Positions 15,823 through 25,077 of a stretch of 64,000 bases of DNA are shown here, in pieces. The stretch spans positions 842-64,841 of the forward strand of contig CAZBBB010000007.1 in the NCBI GenBank assembly GCA_964490005.1, read 5' to 3'. Under the pieces are notes generated by a model. The model saw only the letters and a list, made by a program, of their open reading frames with translations, searched no databases and was not told where the DNA came from. Position 1 is the stretch's first letter. Each line of letters starts with the position of its first letter. The DNA is from an uncultured Phycisphaerales bacterium. GTDB taxonomy: Bacteria; Planctomycetota; B15-G4. The position numbers were made by a program, and so were the translations under genes.

Positions 15823-17511
15823 TCAGTCACGCAGCGCTTCGACGAGCACGCGGCCGTCGAGGTCGCGCGGGGCGGGGACGCGCGCGAGGTGCGCGAGCGT
15901 CGGGGCGAGGTCGAGGGGGGCGGCGGTGGTGCGCAGCACGCCGGGTTGGATGCCTGCGCCGTAGAGCAGCACCGGGACGTGGCGGTCGTCGGGGTGGTGG
16001 CCGCCGTGGTCGGCTTTCACGCCGCGGGGCATGGAGGTGCCGGGGGCGAGGAGGAAGAGCACGTCGCCGGAGCGGGTGGGGTGCAGGTCGAGGGCGAGCG
16101 CGTGGAGGTCGGGGTCGACGGACGGCGCGGAGGTGGAAGACGACGCGATGAGTTGCAGCTCGGTGTGCGTGGCGGCGTGGCTGACGCCGGGGATCGTGAG
16201 GAGCACGTCGACGAGTCCGCGGGCGAGGTCCTCGCGCGCGCGGCCTGAGCCCTCGACGGCGGCGTGTGCGAGCCAGAGCGACGGGCGGTAGAAGTCGGCG
16301 AGCCAGGTGCCGCCGGCGGGCTCGCCGTAGCGCTTCGTCATGCCGGCTTCGATCGCGGCCACGAACTCGGTGTCGACCATGGCGGTGCCGCCGGTCTGCT
16401 CGGCGAGGGGCACGACGCCGTGGTCGCTGCTCAGCGCGAGCGTCCAGCGGCCGGGGCCGACGCGCTCGTCGAGCCGCTGCATGAGTCGCGCGAGGCAGCG
16501 GTCGACGCCGAGCAGCACGTCGAGCACTTCGCGGCTGTCGGGGCCCCAGGTGTGTCCGGCGTAGTCGAGGGCCGAGAAGCCGATGGCGAGCAGGTCGGTG
16601 CGGCGATCCTGGCCGAGCGACTCGTGCTCCAGTGCGCCGAGCGCGACCTGCAGCACGAGTTCGTCGGCGCAGGGCGTGTGCGCGACGGCGCCGGAGAGCG
16701 CGCGCATGTCGTCGGCCGGGGGCAGTCGGCGCGGGAAGCTCGCGCCGAGCGGCGGGGCGTCGTCCTCGCCGGGGGCGAGGTCGGGGCCGGTGAGCGCGGC
16801 CGCCTCGGCCTCGCCCAGCGCGGGCGTCCAGGCGCGCTCGGCGAGCCGCGCGACGGGGCCGCGGCGATCGAGCGTCGCGAGCCAGTCGGGCAGCCGCGCG
16901 CGCAGCGCGCTCGTCGTGACCCAGGTGCCGCTGTTGCGCTCCATGAACCAGCTGTCGCCGCCGGCGCGCGCGCCGAGCAGCAGCGCCGAGCGGTCCTTCC
17001 ACGAGACGCTGACGATGCGCGTCGCGGGGCCCTGCGCGGCGAGCATCCAATCGGCCAGCGTCGACCGCTCGAGCTGCGCGGCCGAGACGCGCGCGTCGGG
17101 CAGGCCCGGCACCGCGCCGACGAGTCGCGCGTCGGGATCGGCGACGCAGTAGACCTTCTTCTGCGTGTCGACGGCGAGCCAGACGTTCTCGGGCATGCCG
17201 GCGCGCGCGGGCAGGCAACCCGTCGCAATCGCCGCGTGCCCCGGGCCCGTCGACGTGGCCGTGTGCGTGTGCGCCGCGTTCACGAACCAGGCGCCGTCCT
17301 CCATCAGGCGCCGCAAGCCGCCCTCGCCGAAAGCCGGCTCGAAGCGCGGCAGGTAGTCCGAGCGCAACATGTCGACCACGACCAGCACGATGAGACGCGG
17401 CGGCTCGTCGGCGCCCGTCGTCTCTGTCTGCGCCGTGGCGCCGGACAGCACCGCCACCGACAAGATCCACGCGCGAATCATCCGACGCAGCATCCCGCCG
17501 ATCGTATCCAT
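15823..17511 (-). CDS. alkaline-phosphatase-superfamily nucleotide pyrophosphatase/phosphodiesterase-type enzyme (secreted)
   Basis: Signal peptide (MLRRMIRAWILSVAVLSGATAQ). Metal/nucleophile motifs VVVDMLRSDY, TSTGPGHAAIATG, DYAGHTWGP and SSDHG. The start could be the second ATG at 17493. Confidence 0.85.
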   Translation of the reverse strand: MDTIGGMLRRMIRAWILSVAVLSGATAQTETTGADEPPRLIVLVVVDMLRSDYLPRFEPAFGEGGLRRLMEDGAWFVNAAHTHTATSTGPGHAAIATGCLPARAGMPENVWLAVDTQKKVYCVADPDARLVGAVPGLPDARVSAAQLERSTLADWMLAAQGPATRIVSVSWKDRSALLLGARAGGDSWFMERNSGTWVTTSALRARLPDWLATLDRRGPVARLAERAWTPALGEAEAAALTGPDLAPGEDDAPPLGASFPRRLPPADDMRALSGAVAHTPCADELVLQVALGALEHESLGQDRRTDLLAIGFSALDYAGHTWGPDSREVLDVLLGVDRCLARLMQRLDERVGPGRWTLALSSDHGVVPLAEQTGGTAMVDTEFVAAIEAGMTKRYGEPAGGTWLADFYRPSLWLAHAAVEGSGRAREDLARGLVDVLLTIPGVSHAATHTELQLIASSSTSAPSVDPDLHALALDLHPTRSGDVLFLLAPGTSMPRGVKADHGGHHPDDRHVPVLLYGAGIQPGVLRTTAAPLDLAPTLAHLARVPAPRDLDGRVLVEALRD

Positions 17512-17570
17512 TCAGCGCCCGCTCTCCTCTCTCCGGGCCGAGGTGGTGGCCATCGTATGATGCGCGCGCC

Positions 17571-18756
17571 TTGACGAGCCGAGACCTGACCGCGCCGCTC
17601 GGAGTCGCCCTGCTGCTCAAGGCGGTGCTCATCGCGCTGCTGCTCGCGGCCGCGGCCCGCTGGCCGGCGGATCTCTCGCACGTGGGGCCGCGCGAGCCCG
17701 GTGCGCCCGAGGCGGTGTGGCAACTCGCGCGCGGCTGGGACAGCCACGCGTATCAGCGCCTGGCCGCGAACGGCTACGAGAACGCGTTCAGTCGCGCCTT
17801 TCCGCCGGGGTATCCGTGGCTGATCGCCGCGGCCGCGCCGCTCTGCGGCGGCACGCAGACCGCGGCGCTGCTCGTGGCGAACTTCGGCGCGCTGATCGCG
17901 CTGCTGCTCTTCGCGGCGCTCGCGCGGCGCTACGCGACGCGCCTCGGGCGCGGCGACGTGACTCTGGCGATCCTGATCTTCGCCTGCATGCCCGGCGTGC
18001 TGGCCTACGGCAGCGTCGCGTACAGCGAAGGCCCCTTCCTCGCGCTGCTGCTCGGCGCGTGGCTGGCCTATCTCGCCGCGGAGGGGCCGGCGGCATCGCC
18101 GGGAACCGACGCGACCGCGCCGCGCCCCGCTTCGGTGGCCGACGCGCCGCGCTCGCTCCCGCTGCTCGCCCTCGCCGCGCTGCTCGGCCTCGCCGCGACC
18201 TTCGTGCGCAACGCGGCGGTGGTGCTGTTCCTCGCGTGGGGCGCGTGCGAGTTCCGGCGCGTGATCGTCGCGGACGCCGCGCGCCGCGGCCGCGCGCTGG
18301 GCGAAGCCGTCGCGCTGCTGTGGGGCGGCCTGGCCCTGCTGCCGTGGTTCGCCTGGCAATACGGCGCCCACGATCTGGCCGGCGCGCAGCGCGAGGGTGT
18401 TCGGCATGGAGTTCTCCTTCCTCGGCGGCCTGCCCTCGCTGCTGCGTCTCGGCACTGCGCCCGAGTACATCGTGCAGATCCTGTTCTCGCTGCCGCTCGT
18501 CGGGCTGCTCATCGGGCGGCTGCTGCGCGTCGACGCGCGCCTCGCGCTGCTGGCGCTGCTGCTCGCCGTGCTCTCGCTCTCCTACACCGGCATCGCCGCG
18601 CAGTCGGCGGGCCGCTACCTGTGGAGCATCGGCCCGCTCGCTCTCGGCGCGCTGCTCATCACCGACCGCGCGCTGGGCTACGCGCTCGCGGCGTTCCTCT
18701 TTCTGCTCTCGCTGCAGGCCGGCATCGGCCACGTCCTCGGAACTTCGATGCTGTGA
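17571..18756 (+). pseudogene. PIG-V-type (GT-C fold) integral-membrane mannosyltransferase, interrupted by a +1 frameshift near 18395-18397
   Basis: Frame 0 (17571 onward) gives a multi-TM protein with WDSHAYQRLAANGYE...FPPGYPW. It turns into Arg-rich junk after ...AQREG. The hydrophobic continuation (FGMEFSFLGGLPSLL...) is in frame +1 (18397-18756). Deleting one G from the GGG run joins the two parts. Confidence 0.6.
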
Positions 18757-18971
18757 GCTTTGCGTTCCGACCACCACCTCGCCACACGACGCGAATCGCG
18801 GGGCGCGCGGTGCGGGGGTGGTCCGCCGCGAGTTAGCGGAGGCGGAGGGCGCTGCTGCCCGGAGAGTGTTGTGCGCTGGGAGTGCGTCGGGGGCAGCAGC
18901 GCCCGCAGCCGGAGCGTGTCTGAGCGCCGGACCACCCCCGCACCGCGCGCCCTGAGCGCCTTCCGCCGCCC

Positions 18972-19559
18972 TCAACTCCCGAGCAGTTGCTGCTGACTCA
19001 GCGCCTCGGGCGCCGCGACGATCGTCGTGCCGCCATCGGCCGCGACGGTCAACTCGACGACGCCGAGCGTCGGCACGAAGTGGCGCATCGATTCGGCCGG
19101 GCTCCAGCCGGCGGCGCGGGCCATGAGGACGCGCACGACGTGGGCATGCGCGACGATGATCAGCAGCGGGGGACTCGCCGCGGTGCCGGCGCCCGCGCCG
19201 GCGCGTCGCAACTCGCCGAGCAGGTTCGCGAAGGCGCGCTCCACGCGCGCGACGAGCTGGCTCTCGCGCTCGCCGCCCGGCGCCGCGTGGCCCTCGGGAT
19301 CCTCCGCGTAGCGCGCGATGCGGCCCGGCGACTCGCGCTCGATGTCGGCCTTGGCGCGGCCGGCCCAGGCGCCGCGATCGAGTTCGCGCAGATCGGCGTC
19401 GGGCAGCAGCGGGCAGCCGGCCGCGCTCGCGATGGCCGCCGCCAGCGTGTGCGCGCGGGCCAGCGGCGAGCAGCCGACGAGCGTCGGCTTGCGCCCGGCG
19501 AGTCGCGGCGCCAGCTCGAGGCTCTGTATCAGGCCCCGCTCGGAGAGCGGGACGTCCAT
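18972..19559 (-). CDS. histidine phosphatase (phosphoglycerate-mutase-like) family protein
   Basis: Family pattern D.PLSERG...ELDRG.W.G...PGGES. The catalytic RHGE motif (TVLLVRHGEVAAP) is encoded in frame upstream of the first canonical start, so the true start is probably near 19616 (CTG). Confidence 0.75.
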   Translation of the reverse strand: MDVPLSERGLIQSLELAPRLAGRKPTLVGCSPLARAHTLAAAIASAAGCPLLPDADLRELDRGAWAGRAKADIERESPGRIARYAEDPEGHAAPGGERESQLVARVERAFANLLGELRRAGAGAGTAASPPLLIIVAHAHVVRVLMARAAGWSPAESMRHFVPTLGVVELTVAADGGTTIVAAPEALSQQQLLGS

Positions 19560-19632
19560 GCAGCCGTAGAAGGTGCCTCGATGCGGCGCCGCGACTTCGC
19601 CGTGGCGGACCAGCAGGACGGTGGCCGGCGCC

Positions 19633-20283
19633 TCAGAGCGCAGCCGCGTGGTCCTTGAGGTAGGTGGCCACGCCCGCGGCCGTGGGCTTCATGCCCGCCT
19701 TGCCGGAGGACCAGTTGGCCGGGCAGACCTCGCCGTTCTTGGTGTGGAAGTCGAGCGCGTCGACCATGCGCAGCATCTCGTCGATGTTGCGGCCGAGCGG
19801 CAGGTCGTTGACGACCTGGTGGCGCACGACGCCGTTCTCGTCGATCAGGAAGCTGCCGCGCAGGGCGACGCCGCCGCCCAGCTCGCAGCGCGTGTTGCCG
19901 TCCTTGTCGGTGAAGCAGGCGTTGCCGAGCAGCACGTCGTACTTGGCCGCGATGGTCTTGTTGAGGTCGGCGACGAGCGGGTAGCCCAGCTTGCCGATGC
20001 CGCCCTGCTCGACCTTGGTGTTGCTCCACGCCAGGTGCGTGAAGTGGCTGTCGACCGAGCAGCCCACGACCTGCGTGCCGCGCTTCTCGAACTCCTTGAT
20101 GCGGTTGTGGAAGGCCAGCAGCTCGGAGGGGCACACGAAGGTGAAGTCGAGCGGATAGAAGAACAGCACGACCTTCTTCTTGCCCTTGTAGTCGCTGAGC
20201 TTGAAGTCGGCCTTGAAGCTGCCGTCGGGCATGAGCGCCGTGGCGGTGAAGTCGGGGGCGGGCTTGGTGACGAGAACGGCCAT
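19633..20283 (-). CDS. ahpC: typical 2-Cys peroxiredoxin (AhpC/Tsa family)
   Basis: Peroxidatic Cys motif DFTFVCPSE and resolving Cys EVCPANW. Strong RBS GAGGAG 6 nt before the ATG. Confidence 0.93.
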   Translation of the reverse strand: MAVLVTKPAPDFTATALMPDGSFKADFKLSDYKGKKKVVLFFYPLDFTFVCPSELLAFHNRIKEFEKRGTQVVGCSVDSHFTHLAWSNTKVEQGGIGKLGYPLVADLNKTIAAKYDVLLGNACFTDKDGNTRCELGGGVALRGSFLIDENGVVRHQVVNDLPLGRNIDEMLRMVDALDFHTKNGEVCPANWSSGKAGMKPTAAGVATYLKDHAAAL

Positions 20284-20337
20284 CGGAAACTCCTCGTGGG
20301 TCGTTGGATGCGTGGGGGAAAGGGTGCGGTGGGGGCT

Positions 20338-20354
20338 GGGCGCTTTGCGCGCCC
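20338..20354 (-). terminator. short hairpin just downstream of bfr
   Basis: GGGCGC-TTTGC-GCGCCC (6-bp stem) sits 9 nt after the bfr stop. No U-tract. Confidence 0.3.
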
Positions 20355-20362
20355 CGGAACGC

Positions 20363-20848
20363 TCAGTCGGCCTTGGCGTCGCCGTACTGCTGGTGCGCGA
20401 GCCAGTGTTCGATGCCGATGCGCTCGATCTTGGCGAGCTGCGTCTCGATCCAGTCGATGTGCTGCTCCTCGTTCACGAGGATGTGCTCGAACAGCTCGCG
20501 CGTGCCGTGGTCGTTGTGCGCCATGGCGGTCGCGATGCCGGCGCGCAGATGCTCGAGCGCGCGCAGCTCGAGACCGAGGTCGGCCTCGAGCATGCCCTTG
20601 GCGTCGGCGCCGACCTTGATCTTCTCGTAGCGCATCATGTTCGGCGCGCCGTCGAGGTAGAGCATGCGGTCGATGACCTGGTCGGCGTGGCGCATCTCGT
20701 CGAGCGACTCGTTCCACTCGAACTTCGCCAGGCGCTCGAAGCCCCAGTTCTTGGCCATCTTCGAATGGATGAAGTACTGGTTGATGCCGGTCAGCTCCAT
20801 CGTGAGCACGACCTGCAGCGCGTCGAGGATCTCTTTGTGGCCCTTCAC
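20363..20848 (-). CDS. bfr: bacterioferritin
   Basis: Ferritin-like di-iron residues and the haem-ligand Met context ([13 protein letters not shown]). GTG at 20848 ([11 protein letters not shown]) has AGAGG 6 nt upstream and gives 161 aa. The track start at 20884 adds 12 aa. Confidence 0.93.
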   Translation of the reverse strand: MKGHKEILDALQVVLTMELTGINQYFIHSKMAKNWGFERLAKFEWNESLDEMRHADQVIDRMLYLDGAPNMMRYEKIKVGADAKGMLEADLGLELRALEHLRAGIATAMAHNDHGTRELFEHILVNEEQHIDWIETQLAKIERIGIEHWLAHQQYGDAKAD

Positions 20849-21046
20849 GATGTGCCTCTTGCCGGGGGCGGGCGTCGAACGCACCTGAATAACACGCGGG
20901 CCGCGCGACGCGCCACCGCGGGGCGGCCCGCGCGCGGCCGTTCATGACGCGAGGGCGCCGAGTCCGCGGGCCACTCGCGTGGCCGGGGCCTCGACGCCCT
21001 CGCACACGACGCCTCCGTCAGGAGGTCGTCGTCGACAAGCCGGAAC

Positions 21047-21292
21047 TCAGTTGGTCGCGCCGGTCGACGGGCACTCCTTGGCCGTCTCGCTGCACTCGGT
21101 CTTGGCCTTCTCCGAGCACTCCTTGGCGGCGGCCTCGCAGGCGGCCTTCTTCTCGGCGCTGCACTCGGTGGCGCAGTTCTTGGCGTTGGCGTCGAAGCCG
21201 ACCGAGGCCTCGTCGGCCGTCGTGGCCGTGCTGCCGCAGGCGACGAGACCGAAGGCGAGGATGGCCGAGCTGAGGATGTTGCGGGTACGCAT
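21047..21292 (-). CDS. small Cys-rich lipoprotein (81 aa)
   Basis: Signal peptide plus lipobox (ILAFGLVAC). The mature part is Lys/Glu/Ala-rich with six further Cys spaced 4, 8, 7, 8 and 7 residues apart (NCATECSAEKKAACEAAAKECSEKAKTECSETAKEC). Locally lower GC. Confidence 0.65.
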   Translation of the reverse strand: MRTRNILSSAILAFGLVACGSTATTADEASVGFDANAKNCATECSAEKKAACEAAAKECSEKAKTECSETAKECPSTGATN

Positions 21293-21453
21293 GGATCAGG
21301 AACTCCGGACAGGGGGATGGTGCCCGGCGATTCTAGCAAAACCCTGCGGGTGCCGGGCCGGGGGACCGCGTGGAGGGCCGACTGACGGATCGCGCCGGAG
21401 GGCCGTTGGATGGCAAGGTGGCGCGCGTCACCGCCCCGTCCCGGGACCGATCC

Positions 21454-22719
21454 ATGTCCGATGCCTCGCCTCGCGCCCCGGGAGGCGGTCCGCGACGGCG
21501 CGCCGACGAGCGCTCGCCGCTCGGCGCGCACTGGGGCCTCGACCCCGACATCACCTTCCTGAACCACGGCTCGTACGGGGCCTGCCCGCTCGTCGTGCGG
21601 CAGGCGCAGCAGCGCTGGCGCGACCGGCTCGAGGCCGAGCCCGTCGACTTCATGCAGCGGCAGCTCGAGCCCGCGCTCGAGCGGGCCCGGCAGGCGCTGG
21701 CGGACTTCGTCGGGGCCGACGCCGAGGACCTGGTGTTCGTCCCCAACGCGACCACCGGCGTGAGCACCGTGCTCGCGAGCCTGCCGCTGCAGTCCGGCGA
21801 CGAGCTGCTCGTCACCGACCACGCCTACAACGCCTGCCGCAACGCGCTCGATGTCGCGGCGCGGCGGCACGGCGCGCGCGTCGTCGTGGCGCGCGTGCCC
21901 TTCCCGCTCGCGAGCCTCGAGCAGGTCGACGAGGCCGTGCTTTCGGCCGCCGGCCGCCGCACGCGCCTGGTGCTGCTCGACGCGGTGACGAGCCCGACCG
22001 GCCTCGTGCTGCCCGTGGCGCGGCTCGTCGCGGCGCTCGCCGAGCGCGGCATCGACACGCTCGTCGACGCGGCGCACGCGCCCGGAATGCTGCCGCTCGA
22101 CCTGCGCGCGCTGGGGGCCGCGTACGTCACGGGCAACGCGCACAAGTGGCTGTGCACGCCGAAGGGCAGCGCCTTCCTGCACGTGCGGCGCGACCGGCAG
22201 GCGGCCCTCGCGCCGCTCGTGACCAGCCACGGCCACAACTCGCCGCGCCGCGACCGCTCGCGCTTCCAGCTCGAGTTCTCGTGGGGAGGCACCGACGACC
22301 CCTCGCCGTATCTGTGCCTGCCCGACGCGCTCGAGTTCATGGGCGGACTGTTCCCCGGCGGCTGGCCCGAACTGCGGGCGCGCAACCGGGCCCTGGCCTT
22401 GCAGGCGCGGGCGACGCTCTGCGCCGCGCTCGGCACCGCGCCCGCCGCGCCCGAGGAGGCGATCGGCGCGCTCGCGACCGTGGTCCTGCCCGAGGGCGGC
22501 CCCCCGCGGCCCGCGCCCGGCCAGCGTGACGTCCTGCACGACCGGCTGTTCGAGACGCACCGCATCGAAGTGCCGGTGATGCACTTTCCCGGGTCAAGCC
22601 TGCGCCTGCTGCGCGTTTCGGCCCAGGCCTACAACGCGCCGGCCGAATACGAACGGCTCGCGGCGGCCCTCTCGGCCGAGTGGGGAAGCGGGCTCCCCGG
22701 AGCGCCCGCCAGGCGGTAG
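21454..22719 (+). CDS. class V (PLP-dependent) aminotransferase, isopenicillin-N-epimerase/cysteine-desulfurase-like
   Basis: FLNHGSYGA, PNATTG and the PLP-lysine context GNAHKWL. ATG at 21454 is preferred over the GTG at 21370. Confidence 0.88.
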   Translation: MSDASPRAPGGGPRRRADERSPLGAHWGLDPDITFLNHGSYGACPLVVRQAQQRWRDRLEAEPVDFMQRQLEPALERARQALADFVGADAEDLVFVPNATTGVSTVLASLPLQSGDELLVTDHAYNACRNALDVAARRHGARVVVARVPFPLASLEQVDEAVLSAAGRRTRLVLLDAVTSPTGLVLPVARLVAALAERGIDTLVDAAHAPGMLPLDLRALGAAYVTGNAHKWLCTPKGSAFLHVRRDRQAALAPLVTSHGHNSPRRDRSRFQLEFSWGGTDDPSPYLCLPDALEFMGGLFPGGWPELRARNRALALQARATLCAALGTAPAAPEEAIGALATVVLPEGGPPRPAPGQRDVLHDRLFETHRIEVPVMHFPGSSLRLLRVSAQAYNAPAEYERLAAALSAEWGSGLPGAPARR

Positions 22720-22752
22720 ATTGCACCGCGCTCCCGCCGGGCCTCTCTCGGC

Positions 22753-23547
22753 GTGCATCCGACGTCCGGTCGGGGGCAGACGCCAGTCCAGACCCGACCC
22801 CTGCGACCGGCGGAGGCGCACCGCGACGTGGACCCGTCCGCGCTGAGGCATCGTCTGCAGTCCCTGCCCGAGGCGTCGAGCCTGCGGCATCTGCCGCACT
22901 TCGACGCGCGCGACGACGCGCACCTCGAGGAGGCGGCGGCCTTCCTCATCGAGCGCTTCCGCGCGACCAACGACGCCGAGGCGCTCGCGCTGCTGTTCGA
23001 ACTGAGCCACGAGCGACTGCACCGCATCGCGCGGCAGGTCACGCGGCAGCTCGCCGTGGCGCTCGACCCCGACGACCTGGTCGCGGGCTTCATGGCGCGG
23101 CTGTTCGTCGACGTGCGCCGCCCGCTTCCGACGGTGCGCCGCTTCCTCGGGCTGGCGCACACGGCGATGCGCAACGACGCGCGCAACCAGTTGCGCGCCG
23201 CCTCGCGCGCCTTCAAGCGCGGCCTGGCCTGGCACGCCCTGCAGATCGCGCCCGACGATCCGGCGCGCGCTCTCGACGAGCGCGAGCGCGCGGCGGCCTG
23301 CGCCCGCATCGGCGCGACGGTCGCGGCGGTCGTCCAGGGCTGCTTCCACGGCCTGGCCGCGCGCGACCGGCGCATCCTGCTGCTGCGCGAGGTCGAGTCG
23401 CTGAGCTACGAAGATCTGTCCCGCGAGATGGGCCTGCCGGCCAACCAGGTCGGCACCGTGCTCAAGCGGGCCAGGGACCGACTGCTGCGCCGCGTGGCGC
23501 AGACGCTCGCGGCCGGTGGCGCCGCGTCGAAGGAGGACGGAGCATGA
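22753..23547 (+). CDS. ECF-type sigma-70 family RNA polymerase sigma factor with an N-terminal extension
   Basis: Region 2-like segment (ALALLFELSHERLHRIARQV...DLVAGFMARLF) and region 4 HTH (LLLREVESLSYEDLSREMGLPANQVGTVLKRARDRL). GTG start; about 60 aa precede region 2. Confidence 0.85.
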   Translation: MHPTSGRGQTPVQTRPLRPAEAHRDVDPSALRHRLQSLPEASSLRHLPHFDARDDAHLEEAAAFLIERFRATNDAEALALLFELSHERLHRIARQVTRQLAVALDPDDLVAGFMARLFVDVRRPLPTVRRFLGLAHTAMRNDARNQLRAASRAFKRGLAWHALQIAPDDPARALDERERAAACARIGATVAAVVQGCFHGLAARDRRILLLREVESLSYEDLSREMGLPANQVGTVLKRARDRLLRRVAQTLAAGGAASKEDGA

Positions 23548-24407
23548 ACGACCGACCGCTCGACCCCGCGCTGCGCCCCGAGCGGCGCTTTCTGCCCGAG
23601 GCGCTCGGCTACCTCTCGGGCGAGGGCCGTCGCCACGACGCCGAACAGCTGCTGGCGCGCCTGCGCGAACGCTTCCGGCACGAGGGCCGCCTCAAGCTGG
23701 CCGACCTGCTCTACGAGATGGCCAAGGCCTGCCTCACGTCGCTCCCCGACTTCTCGGTGCGCACGCTGCTGCGCGAGGTGCCGCGCGCGCCCGAGGTCAT
23801 CGCCGGCGAGCTGTCGACGCTGGGCGAGTGCCTGGCGAGCGTGGACGCCCCGGCCGAGCTCGGGCGCGTGGCGCGCCGGCGCCCGGAGGCCGACGCGGCG
23901 CTCGCCGATGCCCGCAAGTGTCTCGACGCCCTCGGCGCGCTCGAGCGCGACTCGGGCCGTCGACAGCTGGCGCTCGCGCTGCTCGCGATCCACGCCGGGC
24001 GCCCCGACGACGCCGAGCCGCTGCTGCGCGAGCTGCTCGAGCGCGCCGCCGAGAGCGACGAGATCCGGCGCATCGCCGAGGTGAACCTGGCCTTCTCGCT
24101 CGTGCGGCAGGGGCGCTACCAGCCGGCGCTGGCCGTGGCCGAATCGGCGCGCGAGAAGTCGCCCGACGACCCGGTCCCGCTCTTCAACCTGCTCGCGGCC
24201 GCCGCCGAACTGCACGATCTGGCGCGCTTCGAGCAGGGCGTCGAGCGGCTGCGCGCGCTGTATCTGCGGACGCGCGCGCCGCTGATCCTCAACTGGATCG
24301 AGCACGACCTGCCGATGCTGTGCCGCGTGGCCGGCGTCGACGGCGCGCGGGCGCAGCGGCTCACGACGTGGCGCGGCGAGACCTCCGAGACCGGAGGGAG
24401 CAACTGA
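23544..24407 (+). CDS. soluble helical-repeat (TPR-like) protein, translationally coupled to the ECF sigma gene
   Basis: AGGAGG RBS. The ATG overlaps the sigma stop (ATGA). 287 aa with no TM segment. The C-terminal half has TPR-like helices (AEVNLAFSLVRQGRYQPALAVAESA...). Confidence 0.75.
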   Translation: MNDRPLDPALRPERRFLPEALGYLSGEGRRHDAEQLLARLRERFRHEGRLKLADLLYEMAKACLTSLPDFSVRTLLREVPRAPEVIAGELSTLGECLASVDAPAELGRVARRRPEADAALADARKCLDALGALERDSGRRQLALALLAIHAGRPDDAEPLLRELLERAAESDEIRRIAEVNLAFSLVRQGRYQPALAVAESAREKSPDDPVPLFNLLAAAAELHDLARFEQGVERLRALYLRTRAPLILNWIEHDLPMLCRVAGVDGARAQRLTTWRGETSETGGSN

Positions 24408-24409
24408 TC

Positions 24410-25018
24410 ATGAGGCGGGTCTCGCGCATCGCCGTGCTGTCGTGGCTGGTGCTCGCCGGAGCGGCGAGCGCGGCGGCGCAGTCGGCGGCGGGCCCGCCGG
24501 GCCACGGCGGCGGACCGTACACGACCTCCGGCTCGGGCGGCGGCGAACTGCCCAAGGCCATGCCCAAGACCCCGCCGGGGACGCCCGGCGGCCCGGTCGT
24601 CAGCGCACCGCACCCGCCCGGCACGGGCGGGATGCCGCCCAAGGTGAAGGTGTCGGGCGGCGTGTCGACGTCGCCTGGCGGCGGGCACGGTTCGGGCGGC
24701 GGCGGCGGTACAGGCGGCGGCGGCGGTGGCTCGGGCGGCGGTACCGGCGGCGGCGATCCCCCCGACGACGGCAGCGGCGGCAGCCTGGCCGCCGGGGCGC
24801 CGCCGTCGACGCGCGTTGTGCCTCGGGCCGCACCCGATGATGGCGACTCGGTGTCGTCGAGCGCGTTGCGCCTGTTCGTCGTCGCCGACGCACGGGGCGT
24901 CCTGCGCGGCTGGCTGCTGCGGATCGACGCGCGCGGCGCGGTGCGCGCCTCGCTCGAGATCGACGGCGAGACGCTGCACGCGCTGCTCGGCGTGCGCCGG
25001 GGCCCGCCGCACCCGTAG
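24410..25018 (+). CDS. secreted Gly/Pro-rich protein
   Basis: GGAGGGAG RBS; the ATG is 2 nt after the previous stop. Signal peptide (RIAVLSWLVLAGAASAAAQ), about 130 aa of Gly/Pro-rich low complexity, then about 60 aa of ordinary sequence. Confidence 0.7.
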   Translation: MRRVSRIAVLSWLVLAGAASAAAQSAAGPPGHGGGPYTTSGSGGGELPKAMPKTPPGTPGGPVVSAPHPPGTGGMPPKVKVSGGVSTSPGGGHGSGGGGGTGGGGGGSGGGTGGGDPPDDGSGGSLAAGAPPSTRVVPRAAPDDGDSVSSSALRLFVVADARGVLRGWLLRIDARGAVRASLEIDGETLHALLGVRRGPPHP

Positions 25019-25077
25019 CATGGTGCGCGGACGCGTGCGCCCCGCGGCGCGCGCGCCGGCCTTCCGGAGCCCCGCCC

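Noticed and set aside
20849-20884. N-terminal extensions offered by the ORF track for bfr (20884), the NeuB-like gene (55871), the aminotransferase (21370), KdsC-like (34199), sulfotransferase (56685), ribF (1742) and others.
   Set aside because: The extensions are Arg/Pro-rich and lack homology-like sequence. They often overlap the neighbouring gene. Internal starts have better RBS spacing or start/stop coupling and give family-typical N-termini.
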